From assembly GCF_020745735.1 (NCBI RefSeq), contig NC_083409.1:5693534-5757533 (forward strand): a stretch of 64,000 nt of DNA. Reading direction: 5' to 3'. A program made the position numbers and the translations under genes. Under the pieces are notes generated by a model. That model had not been told where the DNA came from, searched no databases, and worked only from the letters and a program-made list of their open reading frames with translations. Of the stretch, positions 1 through 13,019 are shown one piece after another; position 1 is the stretch's first letter, and every line of letters starts with the position of its first letter. The DNA is from Hemiscyllium ocellatum. Taxonomy: Eukaryota.

Positions 1-840
1 AGGACCATGATATTATATGTTCCCAGCTGTAAACAAACTGGTATATTTACATCTTTGTCTTATTTAACAATATTAAAACCTCGGCGAAACATGTTCCTGC
101 AGACAGTGTATTTAAAACATCAAGAGGTTTTCCGCATTGTTGGTTTGATCAGTGACGTAGCAAGGAAGCAGCAGCTGCCCCATGAACTCCAACAAAAGAA
201 TGGGAACAGGCTCTTCATACGGAGCTGGCTCCCGAGAATCCAATTCAACAGCAGGGACCAATGAACAAGGAACAATTCAGCATAGGAACAGGACCTTCGG
301 TCCTCCAAGCCTGTGCTGACGCATTTTTCCCTTCCATCCAGAAACTGTCTTCACCTACAGGATTCGTATGCCTCTATTCCCTTCCTATTCATGCATTAGT
401 GCAGGTATTTCTTGAATACTTCTACAGTAATGTGGCCCTCCACCCTGGGTAAAAGTTTAATATTTTTCACCCTAACTATCTCATTCACAACTTTATAAAC
501 TTCTATCAGGTCACGCCTCATTTTCCCGCATTGCAGTGAAAACAAACCCAGTCTATCCAATCTTTCTTCAGAAGTGCAATCCCCACATACACGACAATGT
601 TCTGTTAAAAATGTTATGCACCGTCTTCAAATATCCACATCCTTCTGGTAGTGTGGTGACCAGAACTGTATACAATATTCCAAGTGTGGCCGAACTAAAG
701 TTTTATAAAGCTCCAGCATAAAATGTCTATCCTTCTCCTCAATGCCCCTTCCAATGAAGGCAAACATGCCACAAGCCTTTTTTTACTGCCTTACCGCTCT
801 GTGCTGGACCTTCAGTGATCTGTGAACATGCACACACAGA

Positions 841-950
841 ATTTTTTATCAAAAATCTACTTTATTCATAAAATATTTTGATGATCTGTACAATTGGCCA
901 TGCCATACATCCATAACATTCCATTTGTTTGCATACTGGGACAGAATAAT

Positions 951-986
<36 letters not shown>

Positions 987-1532
987 ATTACTTTCCACAT
1001 ATGCAGCTCGGGGGTCAGTGGCGCCCTCTTACTGCTTAGTTCCACTGTGCTTAGGCAGGCAGATGTAACACGGTGGTCTTTCTGCACCTTGCCTTGACGG
1101 CAGCTGCCCCAAGCTTTAGCATGTCCCTGAACACGTAATCCTGGACCTTGAAATGTGCCAGTCTGCAACTCTCAGTCTGGGTCGACTCCTTCAGCTGTAA
1201 TATCAACAGGTTTCAGATCGCCCAGAGAGTTGATGATCCTCCACTCACAGTTGATGTTTGTCTCAGTGTGCGTCCCGGGGAACAGACCGTAAAGCACGGA
1301 GTTCCACGTCACAGCGCTGCTTGGGACAAACCTCGATAAACACCACTGCATTCCTCCCCAGACTTCTTCTGCAGAGGCACATTATAGAAGGAGATGTGTG
1401 ACAGTCTCTTTCCCCCTCCCCCGCAGCAGCTTCAAGGGCAGCGTGCGGTGTGGATGAGAATCCGGGCGTGAATAAAGGATCTCACAGGCAGAGCCCTTCT
1501 CACCACCAGCCAAGCCATGTCTTGATGGTTGT
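841..1532 (-). mobile_element. L1/Tx1-clade LINE 3' fragment with target-site duplication
   Basis: Minus strand encodes ...CRLAHFKVQDYVFRDMLKLGAAAVKAR..., typical of Tx1-like ORF2 C-termini as I recall them. Flanked by TGCACACACAGA (829-840) and TGCACACCCAGA (1533-1544); absent in units B and C. Confidence 0.75.
953..980. repeat. (TA)n microsatellite
   Basis: About 14 perfect TA units. Confidence 0.95.
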
Positions 1533-2580
1533 TGCACACCCAGATCCCTCTGCATATCAATACTCCAAAGGATCCTGCTATTCACTGTATAAGTCCCACC
1601 TGTACATCATCTTTCAAAATGCATCACTTTGCATTTGTCTGGATTAAACAACATCTGCCATTTTTCTGTCCAAGCATCCAACTGATCTATATCCTGCCAT
1701 ATCGTCTGACAATCCTTCTCTTTATCTGCAACTCTACTAATCTTTGTATGAACCGTAAATTTAATAATTAGACCAGCTACGCTTTCCTCCAAGTCATTTA
1801 TGGAGATTATGAACAGCAGAGTTCTCGCCACTGACCCCTGTGAAACATCACTAGTCACAGCCCTCCATTCTCCCATCACTGCCGTCTGTCTCCTCTGACT
1901 CAGCCAGTTTTGTATCCAATAATGGGAACATTTTAGACAAGATACTTTGTTTCCAGCTCATTACTGCAACTTGAACCAGTACGGTCAGTAAGAGAAAAAC
2001 GACAATGTGCTGATTGTTGAACAGGCCCCTACACATGGGCCTGAGGCAGGACCCCAAGCTCCAACACACTGGCATCACTTCATATCAACCGGGCCATCGA
2101 TTCCTCTGGGATCGGGACGGAATGAAGGAGCAGTGACAATTGTCGAAGAGTCAAAAAGGAGTAAAGCAAAATGGAGAGGGTGTGTTGGAAACTGCATAAT
2201 GGAGGAAACAAACTTTGTAATATCCAATATTGACAAAGTTTATGTAAATCACAGAATGAACAAAACAGCACACTGTGAAAGACAATCAAAAGTCACACCA
2301 AAGTACTTCTCTTTTGATATATCATAGCATGCAGGGAATTTTCATTGTGGTGCCATAAGTATCCTGGTCCAAGAGTTGCAATGTCTCTCTCTCCTCGTTT
2401 CTATAGATGGAACCAGTTGGATTCCTCTCAGATCCCCAGTTTATTTTTACGGTTCAGTAATGTGGGGATTCCGATGGGGGACTAGGGTACACCTGATGAA
2501 GGAGCAGCGCTTAGAAAGCTTGTGATTTCAAATGCATCTGTTGGGCTAGAACCTGGTGTTGTGTGACTTCTGACTTTGAT

Positions 2581-2878
2581 TAGATTACTTCCAGTTTGGA
2601 AACAGGCCCTGCGGCCCAACATTCCAGACCGATCACCGAAAGGCACCCACCCAGATATATCCCCCCACACCTAACACTATGGACAATTTAGCATTGCCAA
2701 TTCACCTAAACTGCACATTTTTGGATTGCGGGAGGACACTGGAGCACCCGGAGGAAACCCACGCAGACACAGGGAGAATGTGCAAACTCCACATAGTCAG
2801 TCGCCTGAGGTGGTAATTGAACCCGGATCTCTGGCGTTGTGAAGCAGCAGTGCTAACCGGTAGCACTGTGCTACCATG
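2581..2878 (-). mobile_element. HE1-type tRNA-derived SINE
   Basis: Reverse complement of the ggcacagtggttagcactgctg...gggcctgtttcc...gtaatcta SINE; absent in B and C. Confidence 0.85.
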
Positions 2879-5289
2879 GTACCATCTAGCCAAGAATAGA
2901 GGATTATGAGTAATAACTCCACCCATTATCCATGAATAAATCCGCAGTCACTCCAGTGGATTTCAGTGGGAATGACCTGTCATTTGCTTCCAGATATAAC
3001 ATGGTTCACCACCGCCCACTCCATGACAATTAGGAAACAACAACAAATAACCGACACGTTAACGCCTGCCCATCCCAGGTGAAATCAAAATAAATGGCAT
3101 ACAATTCAAATGATCAAACTGGCGAGGCTTGAATTCATCTCTTTGAAGGACTGGAGCCTTGGCCAGAAACAAAGTCATGACCTGGTTTGTCAGACTGAAA
3201 GGCGGAGTGCCCTGTTGATTGACACTGGGATCAGCAACAAATGAATTATACTCAAAGATCTAACAAACGACTGTGAAGGTGTGCCCCCAAACTGCAGAGA
3301 ACAGATATGGAGTCTTCGCGTCCTCATCTCCATCCTTGGCGGTTGCCCTTCCCTAATTGTTCTGGAGAGTATGGTGGTGAGCCATGAGATTCTCGAAGAG
3401 GATCTGACAGAGGGACACGGTCATGTCCTCGGCCTGAGCACAACCGCCTGACCTGCTGTGATTTTCCAGCACCTTACTTTTTGACTCCGATCACAACTAG
3501 CCCTCAGGAGAATGCACTGTGACACAAGAGGAAACGTGGGAGTGTTGGAAAATGGGGACATATTGAGAAAGGTAGAGAATATGACCAGGTTGGTCGATGG
3601 GAGGATTCATTTTTCCCATTGACTAATCAGGTCGTACCCTCTACCTAACTTCCTCCCCCACTCCCTTGATCTGCAGCTCCCTTAACAACCCACCCCCCCA
3701 ACTTCCTGATGAGGCGTTGCACCCAAGACGTTGACTGATCCACCTCCTAATGCTGGCAGACTTGCTGTGTTCTCCCAGCCTCCTGCTTGTAATTCTTGGA
3801 TTCCAGCTTTTTTTTTTCTCTAGTCTCTTCAGGGGCCAGGATGAGTGTGAGGAGATTGGGCTTTGATGGAACTACCCACAGACTAAAGTCAAAAGAAGCA
3901 AAGCAGGAAAGACAAGTGGATCGAACACAAGAGAGCAAATTGCAAAGGAGAGAGGGACAACATTGAATTGCTTCTGATGTCATCCTCTGTGCCCAAACAT
4001 TTCACAGAGCCAGCTCCACATCCTTCCATTGGCTTTGACATTGAGAGTCAACAGTTCCCTTCCTACAGCCCGTTTTATAATGTCCTGTTCCAGGGAACCT
4101 CTGAGACAGAGAATATGTCACCTTTCCTGGGAAAGGTGAGAAGTAAAGGATGTCAAGGAACTGTTTATCATATTTCAGGGTCTGACAGGAGAAAGTGTAT
4201 AGTCTGTGGATTCAGGAGACAGATCATTGAGATATTCCGCACTCCCATCAACACCAGTCTTTATTCTGACATCAGTTTATATTCTTCATTATAAAGTACA
4301 CCCACCAGTTTCAGACTTGACATTTCACATCCATCCCCTATTTCCCCACATTGGAATCAAGAACCAAACTTGCCCAATCTCAGGATTGCCCTCCTAACGT
4401 GGTATCAGAGTGCAAACGTTGTGTTTCAATGAAAGAACCAGGGTGGAAACTGGGGCCGTATCCAAGGAGTTTCTGAGCTACCAGCAGTCTCCCTGTGTGA
4501 GGGTCTGTTTGGATAAGACTTCAGTCCCATGGGTTCCCACTGAAACTATAGCCAGTGAGTGAGATTGCTGGAGCCACACGTGGACTACAGAACAAAACAG
4601 TCAGGACAATGAGTTGCTCTGGAATCCACCCTGAGCCCTGGATGATCCTTACTGAGATGACCCAGTGGCTACAGAATGTGACAGCAGAAAGTGGAACCAT
4701 ATTATCATCGACTGTTCTCCCCAGCCATGACTCACAGACCTCCCTAGACTGAACATTCTCAATCTGACTCCAGGGACACACGGGGCAATTCAATCTCGTT
4801 TGAAGAGTAAAGAAAACCCAGGTCTAATTTATGGAATATTTATTTCCTAATCTCTGTAGAATTGTTATTCTGAGTAACAAGATCCTGCTGGTCATATTCA
4901 TCAATACATGATTCCCAGTGATACTGGCTGCCAAACGGTTGAGTTACATTTCTTGGCCTGGGCTCTTGCTGTGCATAAGAGATGGGTGAGTGAATTCCCA
5001 TCAGATTATTGTGTTCCCCAGTGTCCCTCCTGCCTTCCTTCTTTTCCCAATTTGTTAGGGATGATTTTCTCAAGGCCCTGGATTCCTGCTGAAAGTGCCC
5101 CTTCTGGCCCTAACTGTCGTATTGCCCTCCTGCTCTCGGAACACCATCCCCCTCTCTATTCTCCCCCTCGAGTTCCGGACCTTGAGGGTGGAGGGTTTCA
5201 CTTTCAACACCCTTTCCCTGAGGCTTCAGCTCGGGCCATCCCCAAAGCACACACGAGTCAGAGGCTGAATCTTCTACATCTTTAGTCCA

Positions 5290-5605
5290 TGGGCGGCACG
5301 GTGGCACAGTGGTTAGCACTGCTGTCTCACAGCGCCTGAGACCCGGGTTCAATTCCCGACTCAGGCGACTGACTGTGTGGAGTTTGCACATTCTCCCCTT
5401 GTCTGCGTGAGTTTTCTCCTGGTGCTCCGGTTTCCTCCCACAGCCCAAAGATGTGCGGGTCAGGTGAATTGGCCATGCTAAATTGCCCGTAGTGTAAGGT
5501 AAGGGGTAAATGTAGGGGTATGGGTGGGTTGCGCTTCGGCGGGTCGGTGTGGACTTGTTGGGCCGAAGGGCCTGTTTCCACACTGTAAGTAATCTAAAAA
5601 AAATC
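5290..5605 (+). mobile_element. HE1-type SINE, full length, young
   Basis: gggcggcacggtggcacagtggttagcactgct (A-box region)...gggttcaattccc (B-box)...ggccgaagggcctgtttccacactgtaagtaatct. Confidence 0.92.
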
Positions 5606-6133
5606 TATTCCCTTTTCCAGATTGACATTGACAGAAAATAGATTACAATTAACAGCCCAGACAGAGGAAGCTGCACAAATTCAAGGCCGCAATGGAGCTT
5701 GAGGAAAACACTTGTGAAGATTTCCTCAATAACATGAGAATCCTGTCCCTTTAAACAGTGACAAAACCTTAAATTGGAACTGGCAACTGAGCAGGAAGGC
5801 GGTCTGGTTTACTGAATCAGAGATTTCTGAGCTTCACATTGTTTCTTTACAGCTGACACTTTTCAGCATCTTTGAGTGGTTTAATTGGCATTACGAGTCA
5901 TCACTGCCCCAATCAAACACTCCAAGAATGGGTCCACATGGAGTGTGATTCAGACTAAAGCTTGTTTTTAATGATCCCAATGTCCTGCCTTAAACCTTGA
6001 ACCTCACTAGTGTCGCCAAGCCAATCCCAAGAAGGAAGAGAGTTGAAGTTCAGTGCTGACAATAAGCTTTACCCTGCCAGCTCAGCGCTGTTCTGTTTAA
6101 AGTTGTGTCTCCTCTGTGGACTGTCTCGTCTCT

Positions 6134-6472
6134 CTACACACATTCTGATCGCCTGATGCTCTTGCTGAGGGGGGAGTGGAGGGTCATGTGGGTGAGGGCA
6201 CATGAGAAGCGAGCGTTGGACTCCCAGTCAGGCTCAGAGAGGGTCAGCAGGCTGCAGACACCGTAGTTGCTGTCCGAAGTTCGCAGGTAGTTGCTGCTCT
6301 GAACCCCGTCCGAAACGACTGCACCGTCCTTCTTCCACTGCACCTCCAGCTCATCTGGCTAGAAGCGATTGGCAAGGCACACCAGGGTGCCAGTGCCCTT
6401 GGCATTGACCTGCGCCAGGGAGGGGAGTGGGGGTGGGCAGCAGGGTCAACTTGGACTGAGAGTTTTGACCAC
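6134..6472 (-). pseudogene. IGKC: Ig kappa-type (NS4-like) light-chain constant exon, pseudogene (unit A)
   Basis: Acceptor cttttcAG precedes 6472. Translates as GQNSQSKLTLL, then a 10-nt C-rich insertion (frameshift), then QVNAKGTGTLVCLANRF*PDELEVQWKKDG...ARFSCALTHMTLHSPLSKSIRRSECV*. TAG replaces the Tyr of FYP at 6359-6361. It has 27 differences in 276 aligned nt from the exon at 54451. Confidence 0.96.
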
Positions 6473-6829
6473 CTGAAAAGCAAGAAAAACATTTTTAATC
6501 CCTGCTATTCGAAGGGATTTCAACTCTCTGAACATTAACTGGTAAAACAATCCATTTGAATATTTATGCCCAAAACTAAACAAACCTCATAAAAGGACAG
6601 GGTTTTTGATACATTCTCCCCCTGTCTACTTGGGTTTCCTCCCATTCTCACAAGGATATGTAGGCTAGAAGGATTATCCATGGGAATTATAGGGTGGGTG
6701 GGATACTATTTGGAGGATCAGTCTGGCTGAATGGCCTGCTGTAGGGTTTCTATGAATTCGAAAGGCGATAACTATGAGAAGGAGATAAACAATGCATGAC
6801 TGAGGGTGCTGTATTTCGTTGCATCGAGT

Positions 6830-9800
6830 ATACGAAACTAGGTAAATGAGCTGTAGCGCAGGGGCGTGGCTGCAAGGGGATCATGGCTGGGAACTAAACA
6901 TACAAGGATGCACATCTTATTGAAAGGAAATGCAAGGGGATAGAGGGTCAAGTGTGAAGGAGGTAATGAAGGTAATCTTTGTTAGCCAGGAAATAATCAT
7001 GGGGAGATTGATGGTATCAAAACATTGTCAGTCCCCAGGGCCTGATGCTTTACATTCCAGAGACCTTAAGAAAGTGGATGTAGAAATAGTGGACACATTG
7101 GTTATCGTTTTCCAGCATTCTGTAGACTCTGACAGAGTTCCTGTGGACTGGAGAGCATCCAATGTAATCCCACGTTTTAATAAAGAGGAAGGAGAGTGAA
7201 AATGAGGAATTATACATGAGGAAAACTCTGGAGGCACTTATTAAAGATACAATAACCGAACATTTGGAAAGCAGTAACAGGATCTGTCCAAGTCAGCATG
7301 GATTTACGAAAGGGAAGTCAGGCCTGACACATCTTCTGGAAGGTTTTGAGGATGTGATCAGTAGACAGTGGACAAGGCTGAGTCAGTGAACAACAAAAAC
7401 AAAAAAATGGATGAAAACGTTCAGCCGGTCTGGCAGCATCTGCGAAGAGAAACTGAAGTTAGCTTTTTCGGATTGAGTGACCCTTCCTCAGATATCAGTG
7501 GATGTTTTGCACCTGAACTTTCAAAAGATTTTTGACAATGTCCAATGCGAGAGATTACTCTGTCACTTGGAAATAACATTAAATCAACAGCAAGAGGAAA
7601 TTTTGTGTTGGGCTGCGTAGAATCTGTGTGAATCAACTTAAGACACCACAAAGGAACAAAGAGCCTGATGGGAGTTATGTACAAGCCTCCTCGCAGCAGT
7701 CGGGATGTGGGTCAGAAAATAAATCAGGAGATAGAAAAGGCATATAAGAATAGTTATGGGGACTGCAATGTGCTGGTGGACTGGAAAAGCCAGGTTGGGA
7801 ATGGATCTCAAGGAAAGGAATTCATGGAAAGTCTGCGAGAGGCTCTTTTTGCAGAAGCTAGTGGTCGATCCACTAGGAAACAGATAATTCCGGATTCGGT
7901 GATGTGTAATGAGGCAGCCCTGATTGGAGAGCTGAAGGTGAATGAACCCTGAAGGGGCTGTGACTATAATGTGATAGATTTCACCCTACAGTTCGAGAGG
8001 GAGAAGCTGGACTTCGATGTAATAAGAGGAGTTAATGAGCAAGTTAGATAAAGGAGAGCCAATGGACATGATCTATTTGTATTTCTAGAAGGCCTTTGAA
8101 CGTTTGCCACACACGAGGCTGCTAAATAACATAAGAGCCCATGGGGTTTGGGGCCCGGTATTGGCATGGATAGAGAATGGAAATAAATGGATCTTTTGCA
8201 GGATGGCAGCTGGTACCTAGTGCAGTTCAGCAGGGGGCAGTGTTGAGACTTCAGCTATTCATGTAACAATTAATTATATATTAATGATCTGGGAAAAGGA
8301 ACTGAGGGCATTGTTGGTTCAGGGGGACACAAGGAAAAGTGGAAGAGCAATAGTGAGAGGAGGTTCGAGAGTGAGGGCAATCGATAGGTGTTTCTGGGGC
8401 ATCAGATGGGAATCCAGGATTGTGTGTTGTCTCCCTGGTGCCAGGTTAAAGGATGTCACTGAGCGGCTACATAGCAGCTTGAGGAGAGAGGGAACAGGTA
8501 GCACTCGTAATCTACATTGGTCCCAGTGACAGAATTTAGGGAGCTCAGGAGGGAATTAGCAACAGGAGCTCAAAAATAGAAATCTCCAGATTAGTGCCAA
8601 TGACCAATGCAAGTAAGGAGAGGAACAAGAGGATAAGGCAAGGTGTATGTGAGGCTGGAAAGATGGGCGAGGAGGGAGGGATTTAGATAGCTGTGACATT
8701 GGGAATGACTCTGTGGGAGATGTGACCACTGTATACTTAATGGGTTGCTCCTGAACAGAGCAGAAACTCTGCTCCTTGTGGGATGATTTGCTGGTGCTGT
8801 TCGAGTGGGTTGAAGCTAACATGGAAGGACCGTGGGAACCAGGATGTAAAATCAAGGAGGAACACCAACGAACACAGAATCCTGAAAAAGACAGATAGCA
8901 CGAGAATAAGGAATAGTAATTTATTAGGCAGGGTCAGAGAGACAGAGAGAGCAATAAATTCTAGGTCCGGCTGACTGTGCATGTATGGGACTGTACGGAA
9001 TGTGGAGAATAAAATTGGGGAGTTAGAGATGCACATTACCAAGTGGAAAACTGATTTATCGCTCTAACAGATAAGGCTCAAATGAGGACAGGACTGGTTG
9101 TTAAATATTCCTGCAAACAAGGTGTTCAGGAAAATAGGAAAATATAGAAAGTGTGAGAGGTGTGGGATTGGTTAAGGAAATCGATGCAGAGCTGGAGAAG
9201 GAGGATGTCTCAGATGGATCAATAACAGAACTGATTTGGTTCGGGATACAGAACAAAAAAGGTGCAATCAGGTTGTTCAGTGCAGTCTGTCGATCACCAA
9301 CTAGTGGGGAGGGTGTAGGGGAACAAAGCTGCAAGGAGTTCACCGCAAACATTAGAGGGACTTTAATTTTTGGAATACAGACTGGGACAGTAGCAGTGTG
9401 AAGGGCAGAGAGGGGCCAGAGTTGAGAGAGTATGCTCAGGTGAATTTTCTTCAGCCATGTGTTTCCATTCAAATGAGAAAGGAAGCTCTGTGAGACCTGA
9501 ATCTTGGGAGTGAGTGTGCCCAAGTAGATCAAGTGTCAATGAGAGGACATTTAGGGAAGAGTGATCATTGTATCACAAGGTTTAGGGTGAAAGTGGAAAA
9601 GGACAATGGAGAATAAAGAATAAAGTCATGATCATGGATCAGATCCCATGGATAACCTCCAAATGTCTCACACTTCGAAATGTTCACTTTTTTTTTCAAA
9701 CAGAATATGGATGAGTTACAAAACTAATATTTTGCCGCAGTACTTATTGTTGACAACTATATGGAATTTTGGGAAATAAATATTGCTGTCTTGAGAAGAG

Positions 9801-12175
9801 TCCATATTACAGAAGGAGAAGAGGTGCAGTAATCTGTTCTTATAACTTATAAGGGTAACTAAATCCCTAGGCCTGATCAGGTCCATCCCAGTAAGCTTGT
9901 GGGAAGCTTGCGAAGAGACAGCGATGCCCCTTGTGAAGATGCTTGTATCACCAACAGCCAGTGTTGGAAGATCGGAGAGTGGCTGACATCGTGCTGATAT
10001 TTCAGAAGGTCTGCAAGGAATACCCCGGAAAGTATAGACCGGTGAGTCTGATAACAGTGGGGAGTAAGTTGTTGGGAGGGATTTTTACATACAGGATGTA
10101 CACACATTTGGAAAGACTTTGTTAGTGGGAAATTGTGTCTCACAAATTTGAGTGAGTATTTTGAAGTTGTGACCAAGAAGATAGCTGAAAGCAGAATCAT
10201 AGACATTGTCGACGTGGACTTTAGCAAGGTAGTTCATGGACTACTGCTTAGCAAGGGTAGATCAAGTGGAATCATGGGAGAGCAAGCCAACTGGTACAAA
10301 ATTGGCTTGATGGTTGGAGACAGAGAGTGGTGGTAGTAGATGGTTGTTCAGAATGGAAGCCTGTGACCAGCGGTGTGGCAAAAGGATTGGTTCTGGATTC
10401 ATCATTGTTCATCATTTATAGAAACAAATTGAATGAGAATATAGGAGGTAGGGGTCGAGAGTATGCAGATCACATTAAATTTGGTGGCAAAGTGGATAGT
10501 GACGAAGGCTATTTGAGAGTACATTTACATTAGGTATTGAGATAATAGCGAGGCGTTGATAAAAAAAAACCAGACCAGGGTTTACACAGTTAGTTGTGGG
10601 GTCATGGGAAGTTGTGAAAGAGCGAGACCAAGGAAAGGAGGCATATAGCGCCTTGAAACTCATGCCACATGCAGACAGGATGGTGAAGAAAGCATTTGGT
10701 ACACTTGGGTATGGGAGTTGAGATGACATGTCATGGCTGTCCAAGATATTGGTCAGGCCACATTTCCAATCACCCTGCGTTTGGAAGGATGGCATTAAAC
10801 TGGAAAGGATGTAAAAAGAATGACAAGACTGTCTCTGAGACCGGATGGCATGAGTTATAAGGAGAGGTTGTTTCGGCCTAGGCTATTTTCTTTGGAAGAT
10901 CAGAAGTCGCGGGGTGACATTTCAGAGGTTTACAAAATCATAGTGGACAGAGATAAGGTTACTAGCTAAGGAATTTTCCCTAGAGTAGGGTCGTCCAAAA
11001 CTACAGGGCAGCGGTTTAAAGCAATAGAGGAAGGATTCAAAATGGACCTGAGGTACACCTCTTTCACATAGAGGGTGGTGCGTGTATTGAATGAACTGCC
11101 AGAGAACGTCATAGAAGTGAGTCTGATTATAACATTTAAAAGACATTTGAACAGGTTCTGGTCACGACATGATCGGAAGGATGGGACTGTACTGGAGGGG
11201 GTGCAGAGGATATTTACCAGGATGTTGCTTGGGATGAAGCAGGTCATTGATGAAGAGAGGCTGGATAAGCTAGGGTTGTTTTTCTTTGAAGCAGAGAAGG
11301 TTGAGGAAAACCTGATAGAATTGTATAAGGTTATGAGTTAAATGAACAGAATGAATAGAAAGCAATTATTCATGTTATTCGTTTTTGCCACAGATTCACT
11401 GTGAAAGACAGGAGCTTCAGAGGGGATTTGAAGAGGACGTTTTCACCCAGAGGGTGTTGGCTGTCTGGTTTGCATTTTCTGGGATGGTAGTTGAGGTGGA
11501 CTTTAAAAAGTACTTGGATGAACCCTTGAAATATCATAACATTCAAAGCTATGGGCCTTGTGTTGGAAAGTTGGAAGAATGCAGGTTTACTGTAGTTTGG
11601 TTGGTACAGGTACAATGGGTCGAAGGGCCTCTTCTGTATTGTGTGATTTTATGATTGTATTGTGTCCCGTTTTGGTCTACTAATCTGAGGAAGGATGTTC
11701 TTGCTGTGGAGGGAGGGCAGCGAAGGTTTACCAGGATGATTCCGGGGATGACAGCACTGAGATCTGATGAGCAACTAGATCAGTTAGGATTATATTCACT
11801 GGAGGTTAGAAGATTGAGGGAAGTCACACTGAAAACTCTAAAATCCTAACAGGACAAGGCAGGATGTTCCTGATGCCTGTGGAGTCCAGAATCAAGGTTT
11901 ACAGTTTAAGGATACGGGAAAGGACATTTCTGGCTGAGATGGAGAGATATATTTTCATTCACTGAGTGGGAAGCCTGTCGAAGTTTCTATCACTGAAAGC
12001 ACTTCAGCTCAAACCACTGAATATTTTCCAGAAAGAGCAGGATATGGTTCTAGAATTAAAGAGATCGATGATGGGGAGGAAACAGGAACAGGCAACTGAG
12101 TTGGATGATCAGCCATGATCGTATTGAATAGCAGAACAGGCTCGAAGAACTGAATGCCCTACTCCTGCTCCGAGT
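6830..12175 (+). mobile_element. Nested, decayed CR1/HER1 LINE fragments in the unit A J-C intron
   Basis: Fragmented EN/RT motifs (SPGPDALH, YRPVSL, VDFSK, WKPVTSGV, GVQRIFTRML); many stops and frameshifts. Confidence 0.8.
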
Positions 12176-12783
12176 TTCACTGTTTGAGAGACTGTTCATC
12201 AACGTGGAAACACATTGAATTAGAGAAAAACATTTGCCGTGGATTAGGAATTATTTTCACATAAAGGGTGGTGCGAGATAGGAGACAGAGTGAGGAGATA
12301 ATGTGTGTGTCCTCCAATGAGCAAGAGATGAATAGTGGAGTGCTCAGGGATTTCACATATTTCTCAGTGACTTGGAGGAAGGAGTAGAGAGCCATATATC
12401 CAAGATTACTGACCACACTGAGTGAGGCAGCTAGGAGGAAGTTACAGAGATGGGGAGGGTGAATGGACAAGGAGGGACCTTAGCACAAGGACGATAATTT
12501 GAAAATCGAGGTGTTGTTGGACCGGTAGCCAATGTAGGTCAGTGAGGATTGTGGGGGGATGGGGATGGGAATTGTTGCGAGTTCGGAAGAGGGCAGCAGA
12601 GTTTGGGATGAGCTGAACTTTACAGAGGTCAGTGGCCGTGATGTGGCCTTGGATAACATTACAATGATCATGTTTGGATTCCCAAAAAAGTGGCCAAGAT
12701 TTTCAGTGAGTGATCTCTGTGATATGGAGGGCTTGGGGGCTCAGATCAGCCTCGAAGACGAGGCCAGGATTGTAAGGAGTCTG

Positions 12784-13019
12784 ATACTAAATAAAAGCTG
12801 AAAAAGCTGCAGATGCTTCAAATGAGGAACACAAACAGAAATTGCAGGAAAAGCTCAGCAGGTCTGGCACCATCTGTGGAGAGAAAGCAGAGTTAACATT
12901 TTGGGACAGGTGAACCTTCTCAGAACTGTTCTGAAGAAGGGTCACTCGTCCTGAAAGGTTATCTCTGAATTCTTTCCTCTGATGCTGCCAGACCTGCTGA
13001 GGTATTCTGGTTTTGTGAA
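12784..13019. mobile_element. Palindromic Penelope-end-derived short element with TSD
   Basis: Perfect 16-bp inverted arms ctcagcaggtctggca (12854) and tgccagacctgctgag (ending 13001). GAGTCTG direct repeats at 12777-12783 and 13020-13026; empty site in unit C near 42205. Confidence 0.75.

Larger units (their letters stand above)
270..1920 (-). mobile_element. CR1/HER1 LINE 3' fragment, interrupted at 841-1532
   Basis: Decayed RT C-terminal motifs (QWQMLFNPDKCKVMHF, QRDLGV); paralogous copies at about 26730-27800 and 62170-63200. Confidence 0.8.

Noticed and set aside
5290-5370. tRNA-like A/B boxes
   Set aside because: SINE heads, not tRNA genes; no cloverleaf.
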